Below are positions 39,601-54,600 of a DNA stretch of 64,000 bases, one piece after another. The stretch covers positions 352,718,001 through 352,782,000 of the forward strand of contig OZ024742.1 of NCBI GenBank assembly GCA_964016885.1. The letters are read 5' to 3'. The first letter of the stretch is position 1; each line of letters opens with the position of its first letter. Origin of the DNA: Eledone cirrhosa. Taxonomy: Eukaryota. The notes under the pieces are model-generated. The model saw only the letters and a program-made list of their open reading frames with translations. It had not been told where the DNA came from and ran no database searches. Both the position numbers and the translations under genes were made by a program.

Positions 39601-42600
39601 CCATTGAGACAAAATTTAAATGTTACTATACATATCGTGTCCTGAATTAGTTACAATAATTGACCATTGGGACAACATTTAAATGTGTCCATACACGTCG
39701 TGTCCTGAACTAGTTGGAAGAAATTGACTATTGGGACAAATGTAAATGTTGCCATACACATCGTGTCCTGAATTATTTGGAAGAAATTGACCATTGGGAC
39801 AACATTTAAATGTTGCCATACACATCGTGTCCTGAACTAGTTGGAAGAAATTGACCATTTGGACAAATCTAAATGTTGCCATACACATCTTGTCCTGAAT
39901 TAGTTGGAAGAAATTGACCATTGGGACAAAATTTAAATCTGGATATACATATCGTGTCCTGAACTAGTTGGAAGAAATTGACCATTGGGACAACATTTAA
40001 ATGTGTCAATACACATCGTATCCTGAACTAGTTGGAAGAAATTGACCATTGGGACAACATTACAATGTTGCCATAAACATCGTGTCCTGAATTAGTTGGA
40101 TGATATTGACCATTGAGACAAAATTTGAATGTTGCCTTACATATTGTGTCCTAAATTAGTTGCAATAATTGACCATTGGGACAACATTTAAATATTGCCA
40201 TACACATCGAGTCCTGAATTAATTGGTATAAATTGACCATTGGGACGAAATTTCAATATTGCCATACACATCGTGTCCTGAATTAGGTGGAAGAAATTGA
40301 CCATTGGGACACCATTTAAATGTGGCTATACACATCGTGTCCTGAATTAGTTGGAAGAAATTGACCATTTGGACAAAATTTAGGTGTTGCCATACACATG
40401 GTTTCATGAATTAGTTGGAAGAAATTGACAATTGGGACACAATTTTAATGTAAATCTCCACATCTGTCCTAATTAGTTGGAATACATTGACCATTGGGAC
40501 GCAATTTAAATGTTGCCTTACACGTTGTGTCCTGAATTATTTGGAAGAAATTGACCATTCGGACAAATGTAAATGTTGCCATACACATCGTGTCCTGAAT
40601 TAGTTGGAAGAAATTGACCATTGGGACAACATTTAAATGTTGCCATACACATCGTGTCCTGAACTAGTTGGAAGAAATTGACCATTTGGACAAATCTAAA
40701 TGTTGCCATACACATCTTGTCCTGAATTAGTTGGAAGAAATTGACCATTGGGACAAAATTTAAATCTGGATATACATATCGTGTCCTGAATTATTTGGAA
40801 GAAATTGACCATTGGGACAACATTTACATGTGCCAATACACATCGTATCCTGAACTAGTTGGAAGAAATTGACCATTGGGACAACATTACAATGTTGCCA
40901 TAAACATCGTGTCCTGAATTAGTTGGATGATATTGACCATTGAGACAAAATTTGAATGTTGCCATACATATTGTGTCCTAAATTAGTTGCAATAATTGAC
41001 CATTGGGACAACATTTAAATATTGCCATACACATCGAGTCCTGAATTAATTGGTATAAATTGAGCATTGGGACGAAATTTCAATATTGCCATACACATCG
41101 TGTCCTGAATTAGGTGGAAGAAATTGACCATTGGGACACCATTTAAATGTGTCCATACACATCGTGTCCTGAAGTAGTTGGAAGAAATTGACTATTTGGA
41201 CAAAATTTAAGTGTTGCCATACACATGGTTTCATGAATTAGTTGGAAGAAATTGACAATTGGGACACAATTTTAATGTAACTCTCCACATCTGTCCTAAT
41301 TAGTTGGAATAAATTTACCATTGGGACGCAATTTAAATGTTTCCTTACACGTTGTGTCCTGAATTATTTGGAAGAAATTGACCATTGGGACAAAATTTTA
41401 ATGTTGCCATACACATCGAGTCCTGAATTAGTTGGAAAAATTTGACCATTGGCACAACATTTCAATGTTGCCATACACATCGTGTCATGAATTAGTTGGA
41501 AGAAATTGACTATTTGGAAAAAATCTAAATGTTGCCATACACATCGTGTCCTGAATTGGTTGAAAGAAATTGACCATTGGGACAAAATCTAAATGCTGCC
41601 ATACATATCATGTCCTGAATTAGTTGGAAGAAATTGACCATTGTGATAAAATTTAAATCTGGATATACATATCGTTTCCTGAATTATTAGGGAGAAATTG
41701 ACCATTGGGACAAAATCTAAATGTTGCCATACACATCGTGTCCTGAACTAGTTGGAAGAAATTGACCATTGTGACACAATTTCAATGTTGCCATACACAT
41801 CGTGTCCTGAACTAGTTGGAAGAAATTGACCATTTGGACAAAATCTAAATGTTGCCATACACATCTTGTCCTGAATTAGTTGGAAGATATTGACCATTGA
41901 GACAAAATTTAAATGTTGCCATACACATCGTGTCCTGAATTAGTTGGATGATATTGACCATTGAGACAAAATTTGAATGTTGCCATACATATTGTGTCCT
42001 AAATTAGTTGCAATAAATGACCATTGGGACAACATTTCAATGTTGCCATACACATCGAGTCCTGAATTAATTGGAAGAAAATGACCATTGGGATAAAAAT
42101 GTCAATGTTGCCATACACATCGTGTCCTGAATTAGGTGGAAGAAATATACCATTGGGTCACCATTTAAATGCGGCTATACACATCGTGACCTGAAGTAGT
42201 TGGAAGAAATTGACCATTTGGACAAAATTTAAATGTATGTTGCCATACACTTCGTTTCATGAATTAGTTGGAAGAAATTGACAATTGGGACACAATTTTA
42301 ATGTGACTCTCCACATCTGTCCTAATTAGTTGGAATACATTGACCATTGGGACGCAATTTAAATGTTGCCTTACACATTGTGTCCTGAATTATTTGGAAG
42401 AAATTGACCAATGGCACAAAATTGCAATGTTGCCATACACATCGTGTCCTGAATTAGTTGCAATAATTGAGCATTGGGACAAAATGTTAATGTTGCCATA
42501 CACATCGAGTGTTGAATTAGTTGGAAGAAATTGACCATTGGGACACAATTTAAATGTTGCCATACACATCGAGTCCTGAATTAGTTGCAATAATTGACCA

Positions 42601-45600
42601 TTGGGACAAAATTAAAATCTGGATATACACATCGTGTCCTGAATTAGTTGGAAGAAAGTGATCATTGTGACAACATTTAAATGTGTCCATACACATCGTA
42701 TCCTGAATTAGTTGGAAGATATTGACTATTAGGACAGCATTTAAATGTTGCCATACACATGGTGACCAGAATTAGTTGGAAGATATTGACCATTGGGACA
42801 AAATTTAAATGTTGCGATACACATCGTGTGCTACTTAGTTGTAAGAAATTGACCATTGGGACACAATTTCAATGTTGCCATACACATCGTGTCCTGAATT
42901 AGCTGGAAGAAATTGATCATTGGGACAACATTTAAATGTGTCCATACACATCGTCTCTTGAATTAGTTGGAAGTAATTGACCATTGGGACAAAATTTAAA
43001 TCTGGATAAAACACATCGTGTCCTGAATTAGTTGGAAGAAATTGACCATTGGGACAAAATTTAAATCTGGATAAAACACATCGTGTCCTGAATTAGTTGG
43101 AAGAAATTGACCATTTGGACAAAATTAAAATGTTGCCATACACATCGTCTCTTGAATTAGTTGGAAGTAATTGACCATTGGGACAACATTTCAATGTTGC
43201 CATAGACATCGTGTCGTGAATTAGTTGCAATAATTGAACATTGGGACAAAATTTAAATGTTGCTATACACATCGTGTCCTGAAATAGTTGTAAGAAGTTG
43301 ACATTTGGACAAAATCTAAATGCTGCCATACACATCGAGTCCTGAATTAGTTGGAAGAAATTGACCATTGGGACAAATTTTAAGTGTTGCCATACACATC
43401 GTGTCCTGCATCAGTTGGAAGAAATTGACCATCGTGACAACATTTCAATGTTGCCATACACATCGTGTATTGAATTAGTTGGAAGATATTGACTATTAGG
43501 ACAACATTTAAATGTTGCCATACACATCGTGTCCTGAAATAATTGGAAGAAATTAAGAATTGGGACAAAATTTAAATGTGACTCTCCACATCGTGTCCTA
43601 ATTAGTTGGAATAAATTGACCATTGGGACAGAATTTAAATGTTGACTTACACATTGTGTCCTGAATTATTTGGAAGAAATTAACCATTGGGACAAAATTG
43701 CAATGTTGCCATACACATTGTGTCCTGAATTAGTTGGAAGTAATTGACAATTGGGACAAAATCTAGATGTTGCCATACGCATCGAGTCCTGAATTAGTTG
43801 CAAGATATTGACCATTGAGACAAAATTTAAATGTTACTATACATATCGTGTCCTGAATTAGTTACAATAATTGACCATTGGGACAACATTTAAATGTGTC
43901 CATACACGTCGTGTCCTGAACTAGTTGGAAGAAATTGACCATTGGGACAAATTTAAATGTTGCCCTACTCATCGTGTCCTGAATTAGTTGGAAGAAATTG
44001 ACCATTGTGACAACATTTAAATGTTGCCATACACATCGTGTCATGAATTAGTTGGAAGAAATTGACTATTTTGAAAAAATCTAAATGTTGCCATACACAT
44101 CGTGTCCTGAATTAGTTGAAATAAATTGACCATTGGGACAAAATCTAAATGCTGCCATACATATCATGTCCTGAATTAGTTGGAAGAAATTGACCATTGT
44201 GATCAAATTTAAATCTGGATATACATATCGTGTCCTGAATTAGTTGGAATAAACTGACCAATGGGACAAAATCTAAATGTTGCCATGCACATCGTGTCCT
44301 GAACTAGTTGGAAGAAATTGACCATTGTGACAAAATTTCAATGTTGCCATACATATTGTGTCCTGAACTAGTTGGAAGAAATTGACCATTGTGACAAAAT
44401 TTCAATGTTACCATACACATCGAGTCCTAAATTAATTGGAAGAAATTGACCATTGGAACAAAATTTCAATGTTGCCATACACATCGTGTCCTGAATTAGT
44501 TGGAAGAAATTGATCATTGGGACAACATTTAAATGTGTCCATATACATCGTGACCTGAAGTAGTTGGAAGAAATTGACCATTTGGACAAAATCTAAATGT
44601 TGCCATACACATCGTTTCATGAATTATTTGGAAGAAATTGACAAATGGGACACAATTTTAATGGGAATCTCCACATCTGTCCTAATTATTTGGAATAAAT
44701 TGACCATTGGGACGCAATTTAAATGTTGCCTTACACATTGTGTCCTGAATTATTTGGAAGAAATTGACCTATGGGACAAAATTGCAATGTTGCCATACAC
44801 ATCGTGTCCTGAATTAGTTGGAAATAATTGACCATTGGGACAAAATCTAAATGTTGCCATGCGCATCGTGTCTTGAATTAGTTGGAACATATTGACAATT
44901 GGGACAAAATTTCAATGTGGCCATATACATCGTGTCATGAATTAGTTGGAAGAAATTGACTATTTGGAAAAAATCTAAATGTTGCCATACACATCGTGTC
45001 CTGAATTGGTTGAAAGAAATTGACCATTGGGACAAAATCTAAATGCTGCCATACATATCATGTCCTGAATTAGTTGGAAGATATTGACCATTGAGACAAA
45101 ATTTAAATGTTGCCATACACATCGTGTCCTGAATTAGTTGGATGATATTGACCATTGAGACAAAATTTGAATGTTGCCATACATATTGTGTCCTAAATTA
45201 GTTGCAATAAATGACCATTGGGACAACATTTCAATGTTGCCATACACATCGAGTCCTGAATTAATTGGAAGAAATTGACCATTGGGATAAAAATGTCAAT
45301 GTTGCCATACACATCGTGTCCTGAATTAGGTGGAAGAAATTTACCATTGGGTCACCATTTAAATGCGGCTATACACATCGTGTCCTGAATTAGTTGGAAG
45401 AAATTGATCATTGGGACAACATTTAAATGTGTCCATACACATCGTGACCTGAAGTAGTTGGAAGAAATTGACCATTTGGACACAATTTAAATGTATGTTG
45501 CCATACACTTCGTTTCATGAATTAGTTGGAAGAAATTGACAATTGGGACACAATTTTAATGTGACTCTCCACATCTGTCCTAATTAGTTGGAATACATTG

Positions 45601-48600
45601 ACCATTGGGACGCAATTTAAATGTTGCCTTACACATTGTGTCCTGAATTATTTGGAAGAAATTGACCAATGGGACAAAATTGCAATGTTGCCATACACAT
45701 CGAGTGTTGAATTAGTTGGAAGAAATTGACCATTGGGACACAATTTCAATGTTGCCATACACATCGATTCCTGAATTAGTTGCAATAATTGACCATTGGG
45801 ACAAAATTAAAATCTGGATATACACATCGTGTCCTGAATTAGTTGGAAGAAAGTGATCATTGTGACAACATTTAAATGTGTCCATACACATCGTATCCTG
45901 AATTAGTTGGAATCAATTGACCATTGGGACAAAATTTAAATCTGGATAAAACACATCGTGTCCTGAATTAGTTGGAAGAAATTGACCATTTGGACAAAAT
46001 TAAAATGTTGCCATACACATCGTCTCTTGAATTAGTTGGAAGTAATTGACCATTGGGACAACATTTCAATGTTGCCATAGACATCGTGTCGTGAATTAGT
46101 TGCAATAATTGAAGATTGGGACAAAATTTAAATGTTGCCATACACATCGTGTCCTGAAATAGTTGTAAGAAGTTGACATTTGGACAAAATCTAAATGCTG
46201 CCATACACATCGAGTCCTGAATTAGTTGGAAGAAATTGACCATTGGGACAAAATTTAAGTGTTGCCATACACATCGTGTCCTGAATCAGTTGGAAGAAAT
46301 TGACCATCGTGACAAAATTTCAATGTTGCCATACACATCGTGTATTGAATTAGTTGGAAGATATTGACTATTAGGACCACATTTAAATGTTGCCATACAC
46401 ATCGTGTCCTAAATAATTGGAAGAATTTAAGAATTGGGACAAAATTTAAATGTGACTCTCCACATCGTGTCCTAATTAGTTGGAATAAATTGACCATTGG
46501 GACAGAATTTAAATGTTGACTTACACATTGTTTCCTGAATTATTTGGAAGAAATTAACCATTGGGACAAAATTGCAATGTTGCCATACACATTGTGTCCT
46601 GAATTAGTTGGAAGTAATTGACAATTGGGACAAAATCTAGATGTTGCCATACGCATCGAGTCCTGAATTAGTTGGAAGATATTGACCATTGAGACAAAAT
46701 TTAAATGTTACTATACATATCGTGTCCTGAATTAGTTACAATAATTAACCATTGGGACAACATTTAAATGTGTCCATACACGTCGTGTCCTGAACTAGTT
46801 GGAAGAAATTGACCATTGGGACAAATTTAAATGTTGCCCTACTCATCGTGTCCTGAATTAGTTGGAAGAAATTGACCATTGTGACAACATTTAAATGTTG
46901 CCATACACATCGTGTCATGAATTAGTTGGAAGAAATTGACTATTTGGAAAAAATCTAAATGTTGCCATACACATCGTGTCCTGAATTAGTTGAAATAAAT
47001 TGACCATTGGGACAAAATCTAAATGCTGCCATACATATCATGTCCTGAATTAGTTGGAAGAAATTGACCATTGTGATAAAATTTAAATCTGGATATACAT
47101 ATCGTGTCCTGAATTAGTTGGAATAAACTGACCAATGGGACAAAATCTAAATGTTGCCATGCACATCGTGTCCTGAACTAGTTGGAAGAAATTGACCATT
47201 GTGACAAAATTTCAATGTTGCCATATATATTGTGTCCTGAACTAGTTGGAAGAAATTGACCATTGTGACAAAATTTCAATGTTGCCATACACATCGAGTC
47301 CTAAATAAATTGGAAGAAATTGACCATTGGAACAAAATTTCAATGTTGCCATACACATCGTGTCCTGAATTAGTTGGAAGAAATTGATCATTGGGACAAC
47401 ATTTAAAAGTGTCCATATACATCGTGACCTGAAGTAGTTGGAAGAAATTGACCATTTGGACAAAATCTAAATGTTGCCATACACATCGTTTCATGAATTA
47501 TTTGGAAGAAATTGACAAATGGGACACAATTTTAATGGGAATCTCCACATCTGTCCTAATTATTTGGAATAAATTGACCATTGGGACGCAATTTAAATGT
47601 TGCCTTACACATTGTGTCCTGAATTATTTGGAAGAAATTGACCTATAGGACAACATTGCAATGTTGCCATACACATCGTGTCCTGAATTAGTTGGAAGTA
47701 ATTGACAATTGGGACAAAATCTAAATGTTGCCATACGCATGGGGTCCTGAATTAGTTGCAATAATTGAGCATTGGGACACAATTTTAATGTTGCCATACA
47801 CATCGAGTGTTGAATTAGTTGGAAGAAATTGACTATTTGGATAAAATCTAAATGTTGCCATACACATTGAGTCCTAAATTGGGACAAAATGTATATGTTA
47901 ACATAAACATCGTGCCCTGAATTAGTTTGAAGAAATTGACCATTGGGACTAAATTTCAATATTGCCATACACATCGTGTATTGAATTAGTTGGAAGATAT
48001 TGACTATTAGGACAACATTTAAATGTTGCCATACACATGGTGTCCTGAATTAGTTGCAATAATTAACCATTGGGATAAAATTTAAATGTTGCCATATACA
48101 AAGAGTGCTGAATTAGTTGGAAGAAATTGACTATTGGGACAAAATTTAAACGTTGCCATAGACATCGTGATGTGAATTAGTTGCAATAATTGAACATTGG
48201 GACAAAATTTAAATGTTGCCATACACATCGTGTCCTGAACTAGTTGTAAGAAATTGAACATTTGGAGAAAATCTAAATACTGCCATTCACATCGAGTCTT
48301 CAATTAGTTGGATGATATTGACCATTGAGACAAAATTTTAATGTTGCCATACATAACGTGTCCTAAATTAGTTGCAATAAGTGACCATTGGGACAAAATT
48401 TAAATGTTGCCATGCACATCGAGTCCTGAATTAGTTGGAAGAAATTGACAATTGGGACAACATTTCAATGTGGCCATACACATCGTGTCATGCATTAGTT
48501 TGAAGAAATTGACTATTTGGATCATATCTAAATGTTGCCATACGCCTCGAGTCCTGAATTAGTTGGAAGAAATTGACAATTGGGACAAAATTTCAACGTG

Positions 48601-51600
48601 GCCATACACATCGTGTCATGAATTAGTTGGAAGTAATTGACAATTGGGACAAAATCTAAATGTTGCCATACGCATCGGGTCCTGAATTAGTTGGATGAAA
48701 TTGACAATTGGGACAAAATTTCAACGTGGCCATACACATCGTGTCATGAATTAGTTGGAAGAAATTGACTATTTGGACAAAATCTAAATGTTGCCATACA
48801 CATCGTGTCCTGAATTATTTGGAAGATATTGACCATTGGGACAAAATCTAAATGTTGCCATACACATCGTGTCCTGAATTAGTTGGAAGGAATTGACAAT
48901 TGGGAGACAACTTCAATGTTGACATACACATCATGTCCTGAATTAGTTGGAAGATATTGACCATTGGGACAAAGTTTCCATGTTGCCCAAGTCATTGTGT
49001 CCTGAATTAGGTGGAAAATATTGACCATTGGGACATAATTTAATGTGGCTATACACATCGTGTCCTGAATTAATGGAATAAATTGACCATTGAGACAAAA
49101 TTTCAATGTTGCCATACACTTCGAGTCCTGAATTAGTTGGAAGAAATTGACTATTGGCACAAAATGTAAACGTTGCCATACACATCGTGTCCTGAATTTG
49201 TTGGAAGACATTAATCATTGGGAACAAATTTCAATGCTGCCATATACATCGTGTCCTGAATTAGTTGGAAGAAATTGAACATTGGGACATAATTTAAATC
49301 TGGATATACACATCGTGTCCTGAACTAGTTGGAAGAAATTGACCATTGGGACAAAACTTCAATGTTGCAATACACAACGTGTCCTCAATTAGTTGGAAGA
49401 TATTGACCATTGAGACAACATTTAAATGTTGCCATACATATTGTGTCCTGAATTAGTTGCAATAATTGACCATTGGGACAATATTTAAATGTTGCCATAC
49501 ATATCGTGTCCTGAATTAGTGTGAAGAAATTGACCATTGGGACATAATTTAAATCTGGATATACACATGGTGTCCTAAATTAGTTTGACGGAATTGATCA
49601 TTGGGACAACATTTAAATGTGTCCATACACATCGTGTCCTGAAGTAGTGGGAAGAAATTGACCATTAGGACAACATTTAAATGTTGCCATGCACATCGTC
49701 TCCTGAATTAGTTGGAAGAAATTGACCATTGGGACAAAATTTCAATGTTGCCATACACATCGTGTCCTGAACTAGTTGGAAGGAATTGACCATTTGGACA
49801 AAATCTAAATGTTGCCATACACATCGTGTCCTGAATAAGTTAGAAGATATTGACCATTGAGACAAAATGTTAATGTTGCCATACACATCGTGTCCTGAAC
49901 TAGTTGGAAGAAATTGACCATTTGGACAAAATCTAAATGTTGCCATACACATCGAGTACTGAATTAGTTGAAAGAAATTGACCATTGGGACAAACTTTAA
50001 ATCTGGATATACATATCGTATCCTGAATTAGTTGGAAGAAATTGACCATTGGGACAAAATGTAAATGCTGCCATACATATTATGTCCTGAATTAGTTGGA
50101 AGAAATTGACCATTGGGACGACATTTCAATGTTGCCATACACATCGAGTCCTGAATTAGTTGGAAGAAATTGACCATTTGGACAAAATTTAAATGTTGCC
50201 ATACACATCGTCTCTTGAATTAGTTGGAAGTAATTGACCATTGGGACAACATTTCAACGTTGCCATAGACATCGTGATGTGAATTAGTTGCAATAATTGA
50301 ACATTGGGACAAAATTTAAATGTTGCCATACACATCGTGTCCTGAACTAGTTGTAAGAAATTGAACATTTGGAGAAAATCTAAATACTGCCATTCACATC
50401 GAGTCTTCAATTAGTTGGATGATATTGACCATTGAGACAAAATTTTAATGTTGCCATACATAACGTGTCCTAAATTAGTTGCAATAAGTGACCATTGGGA
50501 CAAAATTTAAATGTTGCCATGCACATCGAGTCCTGAATTAGTTGGAAGAAATTGACAATTGGGACAACATTTCAATGTGGCCATACACATCGTGTCATGC
50601 ATTAGTTTGAAGAAATTGACTATTTGGATCATATCTAAATGTTGCCATACGCCTCGAGTCCTGAATTAGTTGGAAGAAATTGACAATTGGGACAAAATTT
50701 CAACGTGGCCATACACATCGTGTCATGAATTAGTTGGAAGTAATTGACAATTGGGACAGAATCTAAATGTTGCCATACGCATCGGGTCCTGAATTAGTTG
50801 GATGAAATTGACAATTGGGACAAAATTTCAACGTGGCCATACACATCGTGTCATGAATTAGTTGGAAGAAATTGACTATTTGGACAAAATCTAAATGTTG
50901 CCATACACATCGTGTCCTGAATTATTTGGAAGATATTGACCATTGGGACAAAATCTAAATGTTGCCATACACATCGTGTCCTGAATTAGTTGGAAGGAAT
51001 TGACAATTGGGAGACAACTTCAATGTTGACATACACATCATGTCCTGAATTAGTTGGAAGATATTGACCATTGGGACAAAGTTTCCATGTTGCCCAAGTC
51101 ATTGTGTCCTGAATTAGGTGGAATATATTGACCATTGGGACATAATTTAATGTGGCTATACACATCGTGTCCTGAATTAATGGAATAAATTGACCATTGA
51201 GACAAAATTTCAATGTTGCCATACACTTCGAGTCCTGAATTAGTTGGAAGAAATTGACTATTGGCACAAAATGTAAACGTTGCCATACACATCGTGTCCT
51301 GAATTTGTTGGAAGACATTAATCATTGGGAACAAATTTCAATGCTGCCATATACATCGTGTCCTGAATTAGTTGGAAGAAATTGAACATTGGGACATAAT
51401 TTAAATCTGGATATACACATCGTGTCCTGAACTAGTTGGAAGAAATTGACCATTGGGACAAAACTTCAATGTTGCAATACACAACGTGTCCTCAATTAGT
51501 TGGAAGATATTGACCATTGAGACAACATTTAAATGTTGCCATACATATCGTGTCCTGAATTAGTTGCAATAATTGACCATTGGGACAATATTTAAATGTT

Positions 51601-54600
51601 GCCATACATATCGTGTCCTGAATTAGTGTGAAGAAATTGACCATTGGGACATAATTTAAATCTGGATATACACATGGTGTCCTAAATTAGTTTGACGGAA
51701 TTGATCATTGGGACAACATTTAAATGTGTCCATACACATCGTGTCCTGAAGTAGTGGGAAGAAATTGACCATTAGGACAACATTTAAATGTTGCCATACA
51801 CATCGTCTCCTGAATTAGTTGGAAGAAATTGACCATTGGGACAAAATTTCAATGTTGCCATACACATCGTGTCCTGAACTAGTTGGAAGGAATTGACCAT
51901 TTGGACAAAATCTAAATGTTGCCATACACATCGTGTCCTGAATAAGTTAGAAGATATTGACCATTGAGACAAAATGTTAATGTTGCCATACACATCGTGT
52001 CCTGAACTAGTTGGAAGAAATTGACCATTTGGACAAAATCTAAATGTTGCCATACACATCGAGTACTGAATTAGTTGAAAGAAATTGACCATTGGGACAA
52101 ACTTTAAATCTGGATATACATATCGTATCCTGAATTAGTTGGAAGAAATTGACCATTGGGACAAAATGTAAATGCTGCCATACATATTATGTCCTGAATT
52201 AGTTGGAAGAAATTGACCATTGGGACGACATTTCAATGTTGCCATACACATCGAGTCCTGAATTAGTTGGATGAAATTGCCCATTGGGACAATGTTTCAA
52301 TGTTGCCATACACATCGTGTCATGAATTAGTTGGAAGAAATTGAGCATTGGGAGAACATTTAAAACTGGATATACATATCGTGTCCTGAATTTGTTGGAA
52401 GAAATTGACTATTGGGACAAAATTTAAACGTTGTCATACACATCGTGTCCTGAATTTGTTCGAAGATATTGACCATTGGGACAAAATTTCAATGCTGCCA
52501 TATACATCGTGTCCTGAATTAGTTGGAATAAATTGACTATTGGGACCAAATTTCAATGTTGCAATACACATCGTGTCCTAAATAGTTGGAAGAAATTGAG
52601 CATTGGGACAACATTTAAATGTGTCCATACAAATCGTGTCATGAAGTAGTTGGAAGAAATTGATCATTTGGACAAAATCTAAATGTTGCCATACACATCG
52701 TGTGATAAATTATTTGGAAGGAATTGACCATTGAGACACAATTTCAATGTTGCCATACACATCGTGTCCTGAATTAGTTGGAGGAAATTGACCATTGGGA
52801 CACCATTTAAATCTGGATATACAAATCGTGTCCTGAATTAGGTGGAAGAAATTGACCATTGGGACACCATTTAAATGTGGCTATACACATCGTGTCCTGA
52901 ATTAATTGGAATAAATTGACGATTAGGACAAAATTTAAATGCTGCCATACATATCGTGTCCTGAATTAGTTGGAAGAAATTGACCATTGGGTCAAAAATT
53001 TCCATGTTGCCATACTCATCGTTTCCCGAATTATTTGGTAGAAATTGACCATCGGAACAAAAATTAAATGTTGCCATACACATCGTGTCCTGAATTAGTT
53101 GGAAGATGTTGACCATTGGGACAAAATCTAAATATTGCCATACACATAGTGTCCTGAATTAGTTGGAAGAAATTGACGATTGGAACAAAATGTCAATGTT
53201 GCCATACACATCGTGTCCTGAATTAGGTGGAAGAAATTGACCATTGGGACACCATTTAAATGTGGCTATACACATCGTGTCCTGAATTAATTGGAAGAAA
53301 TTGACCATTTGGACAAAATTTAAGTGCTGCCTTACATATCGTTTCATGAATTAGTTGGAATAATTTGACCATTGGGACAACATTTGAATGTTGCCATACA
53401 CATCGTGTCCCGAATTATTTGCAAGGAATTGACCATTGGAACAACATTTAAATGTTGCAATACACATCGTGTCCAGAATTAGTTGTAAGATATTGACCAT
53501 TGGGACACCATTTAAATGCTGCCATACATATCATGTCCTGAATTAGTTGGAAGAAATTGACCATTGGGACAACATTTCAATGTTGCCATATACGTCGTGT
53601 CCTGAATTATTTGGAAGAAATTGACCTTTGGGACAACATTTAAATGTTGCCATACACATCGTGCCCTGAATTAGTTGGAATAAATTGACCATTGGGACAA
53701 CATGTCAACGTTGCCATACACATCGTGTCCTGAATTAGGTGGAAAAATTTGACCATTGGGACACCATTTAAATGTGGCTATACACATCGTGTCATGAATT
53801 AGTTGGAAGAAATCGACCATTGGGACAGAATTTAAATGCTGCCATACATATCGTGTCCTGAATTAGTTGGAAGAAATTGACCATTGGGGCAAAATGTTAA
53901 TGTTGCCATACACATCGTATCCTGAATTAGTTGGAAGATATTGACCATTGGGCCAAAATTTCAATGTTGCCATACACATCGTGTCCTGAATTAGGTGGAA
54001 GCAATTGACCATTGGGACAACATTTATGTGTTGCCATACACATCGTGTTCTGAACTAGTTGGAAGAAATTGACCATTGGGACAAAATGTAAATGTCGCCA
54101 TACACATCGTGTCCTGAATTAGTTGAAAGAAATTGACCAGTGGGACAACATTTAAATGCTGCCATACATATCATGTCCTGAATTAGTTGGAAGAAATTGA
54201 CCATTGGGACAAAATGTTAAAGTTGCCATACATATCCTGTCATGAATTACTTGGAAGAAGTTGACCATTGGGTCAAAATCTAAATGTAGCCATACACATG
54301 TCCTGAATTAGCTGGGAGATATTGACCATTGCGACAAAATATAAATTTTGCCATACACATCATGTCCTGAATTAGTTGCAAGAAACTGACCATTGGAACA
54401 AAATTTCAATGTTGCCATACACATCGTGTCTTGAATCAGTTGGAAGGAATTATCCATTGGGACATAATTTTATTGTTGCCATACACATCGTGTCCTGAAT
54501 TAGTTGGAAGAAATTCATCATTGGTACAAAATTTAAATGTTGCCATACACATCGTGTCCTGAATTAGTTGGAAGAAATTGATTATTTGTACAAAATCTAA

